Assembly: GCF_000737315.1 (NCBI RefSeq)
Contig: NZ_JMCB01000006.1
Coordinates: forward strand, 558,001-622,000
Reading direction: 5' to 3'
DNA: 64,000 nucleotides
Source: Hyalangium minutum
GTDB taxonomy: Bacteria > Myxococcota > Myxococcia > Myxococcales > Myxococcaceae
Shown: positions 49,685-58,908 of the stretch, piece after piece
Layout of the letters: each line of letters opens with the position of its first letter
How positions within the stretch are numbered: the stretch's first letter is position 1
Made by a program: the position numbers and the translations under genes
The notes under the pieces: model-generated
Database searches by the model: none
The model's input: only the letters and a program-made list of their open reading frames with translations
What the model was told of the DNA's origin: nothing

Positions 49685-50186
49685 GGTGGGTACCTCCCCC
49701 TGTTTCGTGGCTACGCGGTACAGGATGCTTCACGTAGGGTGTCCGACTGGACTGACCATACGTGACATAGTATGCCCAGGCACATCCGTTCAGTCAACCC
49801 AGCCCCTTCCCTACATGCCCGTAAAGGCCCCTGGCTGGCCTCAGGATCCACGAAGCGGAGAGAGAGATCCCCCGGGTGAGGCGCGGCCCCTCCAGCGCTT
49901 GGCGGCCCCTTTCCGTCGATCTGAAGCGCTTCTGTGGTCTACAGAACGGGACTCAGAGGCTCCGTGCTTTTGGTGGCGATTTTCGCGGGGCCACCCTTGG
50001 TCTTTCCCGCTCAAAGTTCTCCCCCTGTACCCCTAGGGCCCACCCCCAGTGTGGCCAATGCCCCTGCCCCATCCCGGTTCCCGCTATGGCGGTCTCCGTC
50101 TGGAGGGGCGAATGAAGAGGACCTCGCGGGGCACTACCCGAGAGTCCGAGCCACCGGACTTCACTACCCGCAAAGCGGAAGGCACT

Positions 50187-50215
50187 GAGGGTCTGTTGCG
50201 GGACCCTCTTTTTTT
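50187..50215 (+). terminator. Intrinsic terminator
   Basis: GAGGGTC-N8-GACCCTC followed by T7. Confidence 0.8.
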
Positions 50216-50305
50216 GCTATTTGGGTCACCACGGCCCGAACCTGTTCATGGGCAGGCCCCCAAAAACCCAGGCGTTCAACGGAAGAGGGGCGAGAAGCAC
50301 TTCCT

Positions 50306-51037
50306 TCACGCCCCAGTGGCCGGATCCCACCCGTAGAAGCGCTTCAGCTCCTCGTACAGGTCCGGCGTGCGCTCCTTCATCTGCCGGGGCTTCTCGAAGA
50401 AGGACTCTGTCGCCACCGCGAAGAACTCCGCCTCGTTCAGCGCGCCGTAGTCGTCCATCACCTTGCGCTCCTGCGGCCGGCCCTCCCGGAGCGCCTGGTA
50501 GTGCTCGTCCATCACCGCTGCCCACGCGCGATAGTGCGAGTACTCCCGCAGCCTCGGTGTCCCATCGAAGGCACCGTCCGCGCGATCCAGCGCATGGGCG
50601 AACTCGTGCGCCGCCGTGTCGTGCCCATCCCTCGGGTTACTCAGCCCCGCCAGCACCGCCTGCCACGAGAGGATCACCTGCCCCCAGTGCTTCGCCTCGC
50701 CCAGCACCTCCCCGGTTCGCTCCGGCAACTTGAACGAACCCGGGTAAACGATGATCTCCCTCAGCCGGTCGTAGTACCCGAGCCCCAGGTGCAGCACGAG
50801 CTGCACCGCCGTGGCCCCCACCACCACGCGCACCTCGTCCGTAATCTCGAAGCCGTTGGCTCCGATGAACTCCTTCTCCCAGACGAACACCTTCAGGAAG
50901 TCCTGGAAGCGCTGGCGCAGCTCCGGCGAGAGCACTCGGAAGACCGGCACGCGCGCCTCCAGGTAGCCCAGCCACTCGGGCGGAAAGGGCCGGCGCAGCA
51001 ACTGTCGTCGGTGAAACCAGCGGAAGGGACCAGCCAT
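50306..51037 (-). CDS. MtfA/M90 family zinc peptidase
   Basis: AHEFAHALD zinc motif; YGALNEAEFFAVATESFFEKP. Confidence 0.9.
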   Translation of the reverse strand: MAGPFRWFHRRQLLRRPFPPEWLGYLEARVPVFRVLSPELRQRFQDFLKVFVWEKEFIGANGFEITDEVRVVVGATAVQLVLHLGLGYYDRLREIIVYPGSFKLPERTGEVLGEAKHWGQVILSWQAVLAGLSNPRDGHDTAAHEFAHALDRADGAFDGTPRLREYSHYRAWAAVMDEHYQALREGRPQERKVMDDYGALNEAEFFAVATESFFEKPRQMKERTPDLYEELKRFYGWDPATGA

Positions 51038-51061
51038 CAACGCGGCAGCTTGCCACGTGAA

Positions 51062-52861
51062 TCAGAAGCTGACGACCGTCTGCTCCTGAGTGCCACTCAC
51101 GCTCCCGTTGGACACCGTGAGCGCCACTGTCCCCGTCTGCGCCACCTTGAAGAAGAAGGCTCCAGCCGCCTCGGGCGTGGAGAGTTCCACCGCGCTGATC
51201 ATCGGCCCCGCACACGCCGAGTCCGCATAGAAGGTGAGGCCCGAAGCCGCGCCCCCGCTCGCCGTCAGGCTGAACACCGCCGGAGACGCCGTCGACAGGT
51301 TGCCCCCCGCGTCCTGGCTCTGCACCAGCACCTGGCCCGAACACGCTCCTGCCGCCACCGTCCGCGCAGGCGTGAGGAACGTCACCCGGGACGCGGGCCC
51401 TGCCACCACATCCACAGCAAACGTGGCCCCTGGCTGCGTGACCGGATCGTACCCCGCGCCCGAGATCTCATTCGAATGGAGGATGTTGCCGCCCCCGAGA
51501 TCCGAGATGGCCGCCTGGTACGGATAGCCGTTCGTCACCGCCTCGTTCCGCAAGGTGTTGCCCACCACCTGGATCCGCGTCGCCGTCGCCGGGCCGCTGC
51601 CATCCGCCTCGGCCTGATCGAGGTAGATGCCAATGTCGTTCCCCGTCACCGTGTTGCCCTGGATGAGCGCGTCCCGCACCAGTGCCATCCCGAAGTACGG
51701 CCCACCCGCCACCAGGATGCCCGAGGCCACGTCCGTGCTCCCCGTGTACGCGTGGCCAGACACCTGGTTCCTCGTCACCTCGCCCGTCGCCCCATCGCTG
51801 AGCTGCAGTCCGTTCTGCGCGATGTGCGCCACCGGCCCCGCCCCCGTCACCCCGTTCTCCACCACCGTGGCATTCACCCGCCCAGTCACCAGGATGCCTC
51901 CCTTTTGATACCCACGGACCTGGTTGTTCCGGAGCTCCACCGTCTTCGTGACCGTGGCGTCCCGGTTGCGGACCTCGATGGCGATGCCCTCCTGGCAGCC
52001 TCGCGGCGTGCCCTCGGGGTTGCCCTCGCTCCGCTGGTTCCGGCGGATGTCCACCACCTCGGTCCTCGTCACGGAACCCGTGGCATCCTGCAGCAGGATT
52101 CCCCGCAGCCGGTCCTCGCCCCCATCGCATGGCCCGTCCTTCTGGAGCCCCTGCGCCTTCACCTTCAGGTTGCGCACGAAGGTCCGCTCCCCCCGGTTGC
52201 GCACGATGGCCCCTTTGAACGCGCCGCCCACCGGATCCCTCGCGACAATCCAGTGCTCGAAACCCTCCAGCGTGTGCCCTTCCGGGATGAACACCGGCGT
52301 GTCCGTGGTGCAGTCCCCCTTCAGCGAGAGAACGCCCGAGTCGAGCGTCACGTCACACGGTGGGTGCCCACAGGCCGGCCCGTTCCACGCCACCTCGAAG
52401 CGCAGGCGCACGCTCAGCCCACCAGCGTTGGTGACCGTCACTTCAACCGTCGGCCTTAACCCCACGGGCACACAGGAGAGCGCCGTCCACAGCACCTCGC
52501 TCGTGTTCCCCGTCTGCACAGGGACTCCCAGGGTGCCGGTGCTCGCCTTCCAGGCGAACATCAACGGCCCACCGTTGGGATCATCGGCCGAGACGCTCAG
52601 CCTCACCAGCTCACCCGGGACCGCGCTCAGCGCCGTGGGCGTTACCGCGCGGACCGTGGGCAACAGCGGCGCAGGCTCGCACGCGCCCGTGCCACAGGGC
52701 TCCTCCCCGGGCGCTACCTCGGCCGCGCACCCCAGCCACGCCAGCATCCACACCCCAGCCAGCCAAGGCAGGGTCCTCGCGCTCAACCGGATCATGTCTC
52801 GAACTCCCTGGCGCATCGCTCGGAAGCGCAACCGGCCCACCCTCATGGCAGGCCGGCTCAC
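51062..52861 (-). CDS. Lipoprotein with Ig-like domain and right-handed beta-helix repeats
   Basis: Lipobox WLGC; GI.L/N.V.G beta-helix pattern. True start probably near 52795-52846. Confidence 0.7.
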   Translation of the reverse strand: MSRPAMRVGRLRFRAMRQGVRDMIRLSARTLPWLAGVWMLAWLGCAAEVAPGEEPCGTGACEPAPLLPTVRAVTPTALSAVPGELVRLSVSADDPNGGPLMFAWKASTGTLGVPVQTGNTSEVLWTALSCVPVGLRPTVEVTVTNAGGLSVRLRFEVAWNGPACGHPPCDVTLDSGVLSLKGDCTTDTPVFIPEGHTLEGFEHWIVARDPVGGAFKGAIVRNRGERTFVRNLKVKAQGLQKDGPCDGGEDRLRGILLQDATGSVTRTEVVDIRRNQRSEGNPEGTPRGCQEGIAIEVRNRDATVTKTVELRNNQVRGYQKGGILVTGRVNATVVENGVTGAGPVAHIAQNGLQLSDGATGEVTRNQVSGHAYTGSTDVASGILVAGGPYFGMALVRDALIQGNTVTGNDIGIYLDQAEADGSGPATATRIQVVGNTLRNEAVTNGYPYQAAISDLGGGNILHSNEISGAGYDPVTQPGATFAVDVVAGPASRVTFLTPARTVAAGACSGQVLVQSQDAGGNLSTASPAVFSLTASGGAASGLTFYADSACAGPMISAVELSTPEAAGAFFFKVAQTGTVALTVSNGSVSGTQEQTVVSF

Positions 52862-52895
52862 ATCTCTCTGTCCAGGGTACTCCGCTGACTGTGGA

Positions 52896-53336
52896 TCAGC
52901 GAACAGCCGCCAGCTGGTGTGCGCTCGAGGGCCGCATCACCGTCGTGCGCCGCCGCATCGCGTCCCGCTCCGACAGCAGCGCCATCAGCGCCTGCACCCG
53001 CGTCTCGTACTGGTTCACCGGGTGGCCGTGCAGCACGCCGCTGGTGCTGAGGAACATCCGCGTCATCTCGTCGCCGCCGTAGCAGTACGCGCGCTGGGTG
53101 TAGCGCTCCAGCACCTCGCGCCGCGCCTGGCCGAACAGCCGGCCCGCCGTGAACGTCACCTCGAGCCCTTCCAGGTTCAGCAGCAGGTCCACCTTGCGGC
53201 CGAACTGGGAGAGCTTCTCCTCCATGTCCGCCTTCCACTGCTGTACGTCCACCGCGCTCACCAACAGGCAGCGCGAGAAGTGCGCGAGCACCACGTCATT
53301 CTGCGGGTCGTACTCGAAGGTCATCCTCCAGGACAT
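52896..53336 (-). CDS. Hypothetical protein (STAS/SpoIIAA-like)
   Basis: KVDLLLNLEGLEV beta-alpha pattern; family assignment weak. Confidence 0.5.
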   Translation of the reverse strand: MSWRMTFEYDPQNDVVLAHFSRCLLVSAVDVQQWKADMEEKLSQFGRKVDLLLNLEGLEVTFTAGRLFGQARREVLERYTQRAYCYGGDEMTRMFLSTSGVLHGHPVNQYETRVQALMALLSERDAMRRRTTVMRPSSAHQLAAVR

Positions 53337-53487
53337 TGTCTCTCCTCCTCGGAGTCTTCTGGCCCATGCAGTCCAGCCGTGCGCTGCGGACCGGCCTTCA
53401 CGGGCAAACCTGATTTTACCGGCAGTTTCGTTACTTCCTGATTTGAATGTTTAACCTGTTTTTGGATCTCAATCAACGGGGCATAGT

Positions 53488-56265
53488 GTGCGTCCCATGT
53501 CCCTTCGCTGGGTCCTGCTGCTGTGGCTCAGCCTGCTGCTGGGCTGCACCGCGCTGACGCTGCCTCCGAACCGGCCCTTGGCCCGGCCCGTGGCGTTCCG
53601 TGGTGCCTACGAAGAGTTCCCCAGTGGACTCCGGTTGGTGGTGCACGAGGCACCGCACATGTCCCGGGTGACGATGAACGTCTCCTACCGTGTGGGCGCG
53701 ACGGATGAGCCCTCGGGAAAAGAGGGACTGGCACACCTCGTGGAGCACCTCACCTTCCAGGCCCGGCCCGGTGGCGAGAAGGCTCCTCGGCTGGCGAGCC
53801 TGCTGCTGGCCTCGGGTGCCGAGTTCAACGCCGTCACCTCCTATGACAGCACGGACTACTTCTTCACCGCGCCTCCCGAGCAGCTCCCGCTGCTGACGGC
53901 GCTGGAGGCCGAGCGGCTTCGCGACCCTCTGCGGCACGTCACCGAGGAGGATTTCCGCGTCGCGAGGGACGTGGTGGTGGCGGAGCTGCGCCAGCGCTAC
54001 GAGACGAGCCCCGAGGGCGCGCAGCAGCGGTGGCTGCACGAGGTGCTGTTGCCCAGCCACCCCTATGGGCGCACCTCGGGAGGCACTCCAGAGTCGCTGC
54101 AGCGGCTCACGCTGGAGGATGCGCGCGCCTTCGTCCAGGCGCACTACACCTCGGCGCACGTGGTGGTGGTGGTGTCCGGCCCGAAGCCCGCGGACGCGAT
54201 GCGGAGCACGGTGACGCAGGGCTTCGCGGAGCTCACGCTCTCGGGGAAGAGCGGCCCCTCGAAGCCGGTGCGCCGCGAGCCTCCGCCCTTCCCTGCCGAG
54301 TCGCGCGCGCGGGCTCCCAGGGTGGTGCGCAGCGGCCCCGTGGAGCACCCGCGCCTGTGGCTGGTGTGGACCGTGCCGGGCTTGTACTCGGGCATGACGC
54401 CCCAAGCCTTCGCCGCAGAGGGCATGCTGAACAACCGGCTGGCCACGCAGCTCGCCCGCGAGGAGCAGGCCCACGGCAGCTCCGTGACGCTGGAGGTGCT
54501 CGATGGCGTCACGCTCCTCGTCGCCCGCGTGGACTTGATGAAGGCGGAGGATGCCGAGGACGTAGCGGACCTCGTGCTGGATCAGCTCGTGGACCTCTAT
54601 GGGAACCCGGGCAGGCTGGGCGGGCTCACCGCCGCCGCGCGCTCCTCGCTGCTCACCGAGGCCTTCCGCTCCCTGGAGCAGTTCCCCGCCCGCGAGGCGG
54701 CCCGCTTCCTGCGCGCCACGGGCGAGCCGGACTACGTGCAGGGCTGGCCCCAGCAGATCCGCGAAGGGCTCTCCCGGGACCTCGGGCCCTACCTCTACAA
54801 GTACGTGCGGCGAGAGCGCGCCCGCATGCTGCTGATGGTGCCGGAGCAAGCCGGCTCCGGACGCGCCACGGTGGCCGAGCGCTTTGCTCCGCTGGCGGGC
54901 CCAGAGGACTTCGGTGACGAGGAGCGGAGCCTCCCGCCGGGAGCCTCGGACGCGCGCCAGGTGGCCCGCCCTCCAGGGCTGGCCCAGGCCGAGCGCTTCA
55001 TCCTGGGCAACGGCCTCCAGGTGGTGGCGCTGCGCCGCACGGGCATGCCGCTGCTGGAGGCCCGCCTGTGGGTGCGGACGCAGACGCCCACCACCGAGGG
55101 CGCCCTGTCGCTGTCACGGCTCGCGGTCCATGGCTCGTACATGTCCGCGGGCCGCAAGTGGTACCACGGGGCGAAGGTGGGCGCGCGCACCGAGCTCCAG
55201 CTCCGCGAGGAGGGCCAGCCCGTGCTCTCCGTGTCCGCGCCCTCGGGAAACCTCGTTCACGTGCTGGAGGACATGCAGCAGTGGATGTGGGACGCGGAGG
55301 TGGAGCTGCGGCCCTTCGAGGCTGTCCAGGATTGGCAGGTGCGCCAGTTGGAGCGCGAGGCCTCGAGCTCGGACGTGCTCGCCGAGCGTGCGCTGCTGTC
55401 CCGCATGTTCCCCGGCCACCCCTACGGCCTCGCACCGGGCGTGGAGGAGGCGAAGCGGTTCACCGCGTCCCAGGCCACGAAGTGGGTGAAGGAGGAGCTG
55501 AACCCGGACCGGGCGACGCTCCTGCTGGTGGGGGATCTGCCGCCGGCTCCCAAGCTGCGCACCCTGGTGTCGGAGATGCTCGGGCGGTGGCGAGGAAAGG
55601 GCGGACGCGTGGAGCCGCCTCCGGTTCCGCCGCTGCCGCGCCGGAGACAGGTGGTGGTGCTGGACCGGCCCGGTGCCTCTCAAGCGGAGCTGCTGGTGGG
55701 CGTCCGCTGGCCGGAGCTGTCGGCCCAAGAGGACGCGGCGGCGAGCGCGCTGGTGTGGCTGCTGGAGCACCGGCTGGACCGTCAGCTCCGGGAGCGACTG
55801 GGGCTCACCTATGGCGTCCGCGTGGGACATGAGGCCCGGCCGCGCGCCTCGTTGTTAAGAATCCGCGCGGCGGTCGAGCGTGGCGCGGCAGCGGGCGCGC
55901 TGGAGCAGCTCCTCGCCGAGCTGGGCACGCTGGAGGCGGAGCTGCTGCCACGCGAGGTGGTGGAGCTGGCGCGCTGGCAGGTGGCTCGCGGCTATGACTT
56001 GCGCTTCCAGACGTCGGCCGCGGCGGCGGAGCGGCTGCTGGAGCTGGAGCGCCTCGGGCGTCCTCCGGACTTCTGGGAGACGTATCCGGAAGCCATCGCG
56101 GCGGTGACGCCCGAGGCCGTGCAGGCGCTGGTGAGGAAGCTCGGCCTGGGCTCGGAGGCGGTGATCATCCTCGGGGACGCAGCCACGTTGCGGCCGCAAC
56201 TGGAGAGCGCGGGCTACCCGGTGGAGGTGCTGTCCCGGTCCACCCAGCCGAAGCAGGAGCGGTGA
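53488..56265 (+). CDS. M16 family (insulinase-like) zinc peptidase lipoprotein
   Basis: GLAHLVEHL (HxxEH), NAVTSYDST, HPYG repeated, LRERLGLTYGV; lipobox LLGC. Confidence 0.92.
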   Translation: MRPMSLRWVLLLWLSLLLGCTALTLPPNRPLARPVAFRGAYEEFPSGLRLVVHEAPHMSRVTMNVSYRVGATDEPSGKEGLAHLVEHLTFQARPGGEKAPRLASLLLASGAEFNAVTSYDSTDYFFTAPPEQLPLLTALEAERLRDPLRHVTEEDFRVARDVVVAELRQRYETSPEGAQQRWLHEVLLPSHPYGRTSGGTPESLQRLTLEDARAFVQAHYTSAHVVVVVSGPKPADAMRSTVTQGFAELTLSGKSGPSKPVRREPPPFPAESRARAPRVVRSGPVEHPRLWLVWTVPGLYSGMTPQAFAAEGMLNNRLATQLAREEQAHGSSVTLEVLDGVTLLVARVDLMKAEDAEDVADLVLDQLVDLYGNPGRLGGLTAAARSSLLTEAFRSLEQFPAREAARFLRATGEPDYVQGWPQQIREGLSRDLGPYLYKYVRRERARMLLMVPEQAGSGRATVAERFAPLAGPEDFGDEERSLPPGASDARQVARPPGLAQAERFILGNGLQVVALRRTGMPLLEARLWVRTQTPTTEGALSLSRLAVHGSYMSAGRKWYHGAKVGARTELQLREEGQPVLSVSAPSGNLVHVLEDMQQWMWDAEVELRPFEAVQDWQVRQLEREASSSDVLAERALLSRMFPGHPYGLAPGVEEAKRFTASQATKWVKEELNPDRATLLLVGDLPPAPKLRTLVSEMLGRWRGKGGRVEPPPVPPLPRRRQVVVLDRPGASQAELLVGVRWPELSAQEDAAASALVWLLEHRLDRQLRERLGLTYGVRVGHEARPRASLLRIRAAVERGAAAGALEQLLAELGTLEAELLPREVVELARWQVARGYDLRFQTSAAAAERLLELERLGRPPDFWETYPEAIAAVTPEAVQALVRKLGLGSEAVIILGDAATLRPQLESAGYPVEVLSRSTQPKQER

Positions 56266-56320
56266 CAGCACTGTCCCATCCGGGCATCCTGCGGCGCTCG
56301 AAGCCACGGGCGGAGGACAC

Positions 56321-57025
56321 GTGACGGAGTCAGGTGCGGGTGGAGCATCGGAGCGGCCCGAGGGCCAGCGCACGGTGGAGTGCGCCGATGCGCGGGTGTG
56401 GCTGGAGGGCCGGCAGGTGCTGGAGGGCTGCTCGGCCATCACCTCGCTGCCGGACGTGTCCGAGTTCCCCGAGCTCTCGCTGGCCGAGTGGAAGCAGTGG
56501 TTCATCCGCGCGGCCGTCCTCGTCATGTCGAAGGTGCCAGCGCAGGGCGTGGCCATCTTCTACCAGACCGATGTGAAGAAGGACGGGGCCTGGGTGGACA
56601 AGGGGTACCTCATCAGCAAGGCCGCCGAGGAGGCCGGCTGCGAGCTGCTCTGGCACAAGGTGGTGTGCCGGCGGCCCCCCGGCACGGTGACGTTCGGGCG
56701 CCCTGCGTACTCGCACATGCTGTGCTTCTCGCGAGGCATCCGCGTGGACCTGGGCAAGGCCACGCCGGATGTGCTGCCCGACGCGGGCGAGGTGACGTGG
56801 ACGCGCGGCATGGGCCTGCACGCCTGTCTGGCGGCGTGCCGCTTCATCCTCGAGCACACGGCGACGCGCACGGTGGTTGATCCGTTCTGTGGCCACGGCA
56901 CGGTGCTCGCGGTGGCCAACGCGCTGGGCCTGGACGCGGTGGGCGTGGAGCTCAGCCGCAAGCGCGCGAAGAAGGCCCGTGTTCTCCGAGTCACACTGGA
57001 CCGCACAGGCGCCCCCGCCCTTTAG
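56321..57025 (+). CDS. SAM-dependent methyltransferase (beta-class DNA-MTase-like motif order)
   Basis: ITSLPD near the N-terminus, VVDPFCGHGT SAM motif near the C-terminus. Confidence 0.7.
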   Translation: MTESGAGGASERPEGQRTVECADARVWLEGRQVLEGCSAITSLPDVSEFPELSLAEWKQWFIRAAVLVMSKVPAQGVAIFYQTDVKKDGAWVDKGYLISKAAEEAGCELLWHKVVCRRPPGTVTFGRPAYSHMLCFSRGIRVDLGKATPDVLPDAGEVTWTRGMGLHACLAACRFILEHTATRTVVDPFCGHGTVLAVANALGLDAVGVELSRKRAKKARVLRVTLDRTGAPAL

Positions 57026-57247
57026 GGAGGGGCTGTGTCGACTCACAACCGGTCGGGCCCGCGCGGCTGCACCGTGGCCAACAGTTCCCCGAGCCGTGGT
57101 TTGACGCCCCCCCGGCCTCTCGCGTGACATGGGCGTGTGATTGAAGGCTGGACCCGGGGGGGAGCCAGCATGGGTCTTTCAGACAGTTCTTACTGCATCG
57201 CTCCGGGCTCCCCCTTTCGGCCCCGCCTCACCACACGGGGGCACCGC

Positions 57248-57559
57248 ATGAGCCAGGACAGCGCTTCACGCCGCATCATCCATCTCTCGTTCGCCGCGTC
57301 GCTCGGGGAGTACCTGGAGCGCGTCCGGGACCTGGGAGCCATGGAGGGCCACACCGGCGCGGTGGAGCTCAACCCGACCCTGCGGCCCGTGGTGGAGGCC
57401 ATGCACCACGTCCTCGCGGGCGGCGAGGTGGAGGTGCGCGTGGTGCGCGAGGGCCAGCCGGACATCGTCCGGGAGCTGGCGCAGCGCGCAGCGCGGGCCA
57501 CCGTGGAGACCAATGCCCTCAACAAGCAGTCGGAGACGCTGGTTCTCACCGTCGTATGA
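57248..57559 (+). CDS. Small hypothetical protein, first gene of the four-gene operon (alternative start 57170)
   Basis: High GC3; its stop overlaps the kinase ATG (ATGA). Confidence 0.65.
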   Translation: MSQDSASRRIIHLSFAASLGEYLERVRDLGAMEGHTGAVELNPTLRPVVEAMHHVLAGGEVEVRVVREGQPDIVRELAQRAARATVETNALNKQSETLVLTVV

Positions 57560-58908
57560 GCCTGCTCTCACGCATGCGCGGGGGCGTTCGCGCCGCCTTC
57601 CGCCGCTGGGTCCACGCCCAGAACGTCCCCGAGGTCCTCGCGGCCAGCAGCGTGGGCGCGTGGCTGTCCCTCGTCGCGCTGATCCTCGTACTGCTCGCGG
57701 CCGCCACGTGGGCCCCCCGCGCCCAGGAGTTCTTCGGCCTGGACCCGGGTACCGCCCTGCTGTGCCTGGGCCCTGCCCTGGTGGACTTCGCCTTCGCCCT
57801 GCTGCACCGCCGGCGCCAGCACATCGAGACGTGGGGGTGGGTGCTGTCGCTCACCGGCACCGCGGGGCTCCAGTTCTTCGTGGCCAGCCTCATGGCCATC
57901 TCCGCCCCGAGCGGCGCCACCCTCTTCGCCGGCTTCTTCCTCTTCACCGCGGCCTTTCACGGACGAATCTTCCGGGTGACGCCTCGCACGCCGTTCCTCC
58001 CCCTGGGCACGGCGCTGGCGTTGGGGCTGGCCGCCCTCCTGACGCGGCCGGAGAACCTGCCCCTGTTCGGCGTGATCGGCCCGGCGGCGCTGATGGCCGA
58101 GCTCTACCTGGGCACCTTCGCCCTCCAGCATGACCGGACGGCCGCGGAGGCGGAGCGGCTGCGCGCCGCCGTCCAGGCGCAGATGCTGGCCCAGCAGGAG
58201 CGCGACGTGGGCCGCATGTCCCAGGCCCTCACGGAGATCATCCACCACAGCCAGGACATCCGTGACGCGCTGCTGTCGGCGGGCAGCGCCGCGGATCTGC
58301 TCAAGGGGCTCGTCGCCCGCGGAGGCACCCTGGGCCGCGGAGAGCCGGAGCGGCTCGTGCAGCAACTCCACTCGGACCTCTCGCACATCCGCGAGCGCGT
58401 CATGGACATCCACCAGAAGGGCCGCCGCCACATCGGCGGAGAGCCCGAGGGCGTGGACCTGGTGCCGGTGCTGGACTCGGTGCGCCAGAGCGTGGCGCTG
58501 CGCTTCCCCGAAGTGGACATCCAGGTGCAGGCGGACCGCCAGACGGCCCTGCGCGCCTGGGTGCGCGGAGGCACCACGACGCTGCGGCGGGTCGTCGAGA
58601 ACCTCGTCACCAACGCGTGCGAAGGCGATGGCATGCGCGCCGCCGGGAGCGTGCGCATCTCCGCACGCACCGAGCCCCTGAGCGGAAGGCTGGAGATGGT
58701 CATCTCGGACGACGGCCCCGGCTTTCCGCCCGAGCGGCTGGCCGCGCCCATTCAAGGCCTGTCCACCACCAAGCCCCAGGCCACGGGGCTGGGGCTCTAC
58801 ACGAGCGAGTGCCTCATTCGCGCCAGTGGAGGTGTGCTGGAGCGCCAGAACGCGCCTGCGGGAGGCGCGGTGCTGCGAGTCCTACTCCCGAGGGAGGTGC
58901 GCGCATGA
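57556..58908 (+). CDS. Multi-TM sensor histidine kinase with degenerate H-box
   Basis: About six TMs; N box ENLVTNA, G1 DDGPGF, G2 GLGL; H-box position reads SQDIRDAL. Confidence 0.85.
   Translation: MSLLSRMRGGVRAAFRRWVHAQNVPEVLAASSVGAWLSLVALILVLLAAATWAPRAQEFFGLDPGTALLCLGPALVDFAFALLHRRRQHIETWGWVLSLTGTAGLQFFVASLMAISAPSGATLFAGFFLFTAAFHGRIFRVTPRTPFLPLGTALALGLAALLTRPENLPLFGVIGPAALMAELYLGTFALQHDRTAAEAERLRAAVQAQMLAQQERDVGRMSQALTEIIHHSQDIRDALLSAGSAADLLKGLVARGGTLGRGEPERLVQQLHSDLSHIRERVMDIHQKGRRHIGGEPEGVDLVPVLDSVRQSVALRFPEVDIQVQADRQTALRAWVRGGTTTLRRVVENLVTNACEGDGMRAAGSVRISARTEPLSGRLEMVISDDGPGFPPERLAAPIQGLSTTKPQATGLGLYTSECLIRASGGVLERQNAPAGGAVLRVLLPREVRA

Noticed and set aside
53401-53440. GGGCAAACC resembling the start of a c-di-GMP-I riboswitch
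   Set aside because: The required GAAA tetraloop stem and the downstream GACGCAAAG/P2 elements are absent.
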